From Candidatus Poribacteria bacterium (GTDB taxonomy: Bacteria; Poribacteria; WGA-4E; WGA-3G), in assembly GCA_965197475.1 (NCBI GenBank), contig CBDANF010000003.1, positions 3,776,001 to 3,840,000 on the forward strand: DNA of 64,000 bases, read 5' to 3'. How positions within the stretch are numbered: position 1 is the stretch's first letter; each line of letters begins with the position of its first letter. The notes under the pieces are model-generated. The model searched no databases and was not told the DNA's origin. It saw only the letters and a list, made by a program, of their open reading frames with translations. A program made the translations under genes and the position numbers. Of this stretch, positions 62,993-64,000 are shown piece after piece.

Positions 62993-64000
62993 ATGACAAG
63001 CCAGCAAAAACGCCCCATCGTTCTCATCATTCGAGACGGTTGGGGCAATAATCCGTATCCTGAATTTCAGGAAGCCAACGCTATTCATCTCGCAAAAACG
63101 CCTGTAGATGACTGGTTGCGGCAGAACTATCCACATGTCCTAATTCACACCTCTGGCAAAAATGTCGGTTTACCACCAGGTGTCATCGGCAACAGTGAAG
63201 TCGGACATCAGAATATCGGCGCAGGACGTATTGTCAATCAGGAACTCCTACGCATCAGTAATATGATTCGTTCCGGTGAATTCTCCCGGAACGAAGTGCT
63301 TTTGGAAACAATTGCACATGTCAAAACCAACCGAACAAACTTACATCTGATGGGGTTAGCAAGCGATGCAGGCGTTCACAGTTCGCTTGAACACCTCTAC
63401 GGATTGCTCTCCCTCGCGAAAAACAACGGATTAGAAACTAATCAAGTCTTCATTCACAACTTCAGTGATGGACGCGATTGCCAACCCGACCTCGGCATTC
63501 AGCTTTGCGAACAGATTAAGGCGAAACTAAAAGAGCTCAGCATTGGGCGGATAGCCTCGGTTATCGGTCGCTACTATGCGATGGATCGAGATGACCGATG
63601 GGAACGAGTAGAGATAGCATATCGTCTATTAACCGAAGGTGTTGGTTCGCGCGTTCCGGATGCTGAAGAAGCATATAGTGATTACTACAAGAATCCTGAT
63701 GATGCCAATCGTAAGGGAGACGAATTTATCAGACCAACTGTAGTTGTTGATAATAAAGGTAAACCATTGCCGCGAATTGCAGATGGAGATGCTGTTATTT
63801 TCTATAACTTCCGAGGGGACCGACCCCGGGAACTCACCAAAGCTTTCTGCCTTGATACATTTCCATATCAAGCAGAAGGAAAAGACGGTGTCACGCGAGA
63901 AATGGGTTTTAAACGGAATTGCAAAATGAGCGTTAAATTTGTTACGATGACTGAATATGAACAGGGAATGCCTGTTGAAGCAGCTGCCAAAAAACCGCCT
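62993..64000 (+). CDS. gpmI: 2,3-bisphosphoglycerate-independent phosphoglycerate mutase (3'-partial)
   Basis: IRDGWG, GNSEVGHQNIGAGR, GVHS, DGRD, GRYYAMDRD.RW, NFRGDR. Runs off the window end, so it is absent from the ORF track. Confidence 0.95.
   Translation, partial: MTSQQKRPIVLIIRDGWGNNPYPEFQEANAIHLAKTPVDDWLRQNYPHVLIHTSGKNVGLPPGVIGNSEVGHQNIGAGRIVNQELLRISNMIRSGEFSRNEVLLETIAHVKTNRTNLHLMGLASDAGVHSSLEHLYGLLSLAKNNGLETNQVFIHNFSDGRDCQPDLGIQLCEQIKAKLKELSIGRIASVIGRYYAMDRDDRWERVEIAYRLLTEGVGSRVPDAEEAYSDYYKNPDDANRKGDEFIRPTVVVDNKGKPLPRIADGDAVIFYNFRGDRPRELTKAFCLDTFPYQAEGKDGVTREMGFKRNCKMSVKFVTMTEYEQGMPVEAAAKKPP

Overview
64 kb of a bacterial chromosome with roughly 40-45% GC (estimated by eye). The gene content (WD40 proteins, sulfatases, an ECF sigma factor with a long extension, LamG and peptidase proteins ending in a K-x-T-T-x-W-x-K-x-K tail) suggests Candidatus Poribacteria; this is inference. 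Housekeeping and metabolic genes (lysA, aroK-aroB, adk, xylose isomerase, ygfZ, gpmI, TatT/DctP) are interleaved with five accessory blocks. (1) A VIT/vWA-HEAT cluster with a perfect sigma54 promoter, tandem NtrC-like enhancer sites and an ECF-type promoter. (2) An uncharacterised four-gene membrane operon (FN3-DUF6754 plus three partners) downstream of aroKB. (3) A type III R-M locus whose mod and res genes are separated by a VapBC-like pair and a DUF3696-type ABC-ATPase with a PLD/MIT_C-like partner, a candidate guard defence module. (4) A ~1160-aa putative HEPN-like plus helical-scaffold protein. (5) Unusual fusions: sigma-sigma2-CBM9, DUF4097-CBM9-POTRA-Omp85, and PPIase-trypsin protease. 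Intergenic DNA holds many GTAG-type REP hairpins and IS4-end MITEs, and one TAA-duplicating MITE splits an aspartyl protease gene. About eight single-base frameshifts, mostly in homopolymers, look like long-read errors. I saw no rRNA, tRNA or CRISPR array. All family assignments come from motif recognition, not database searches.
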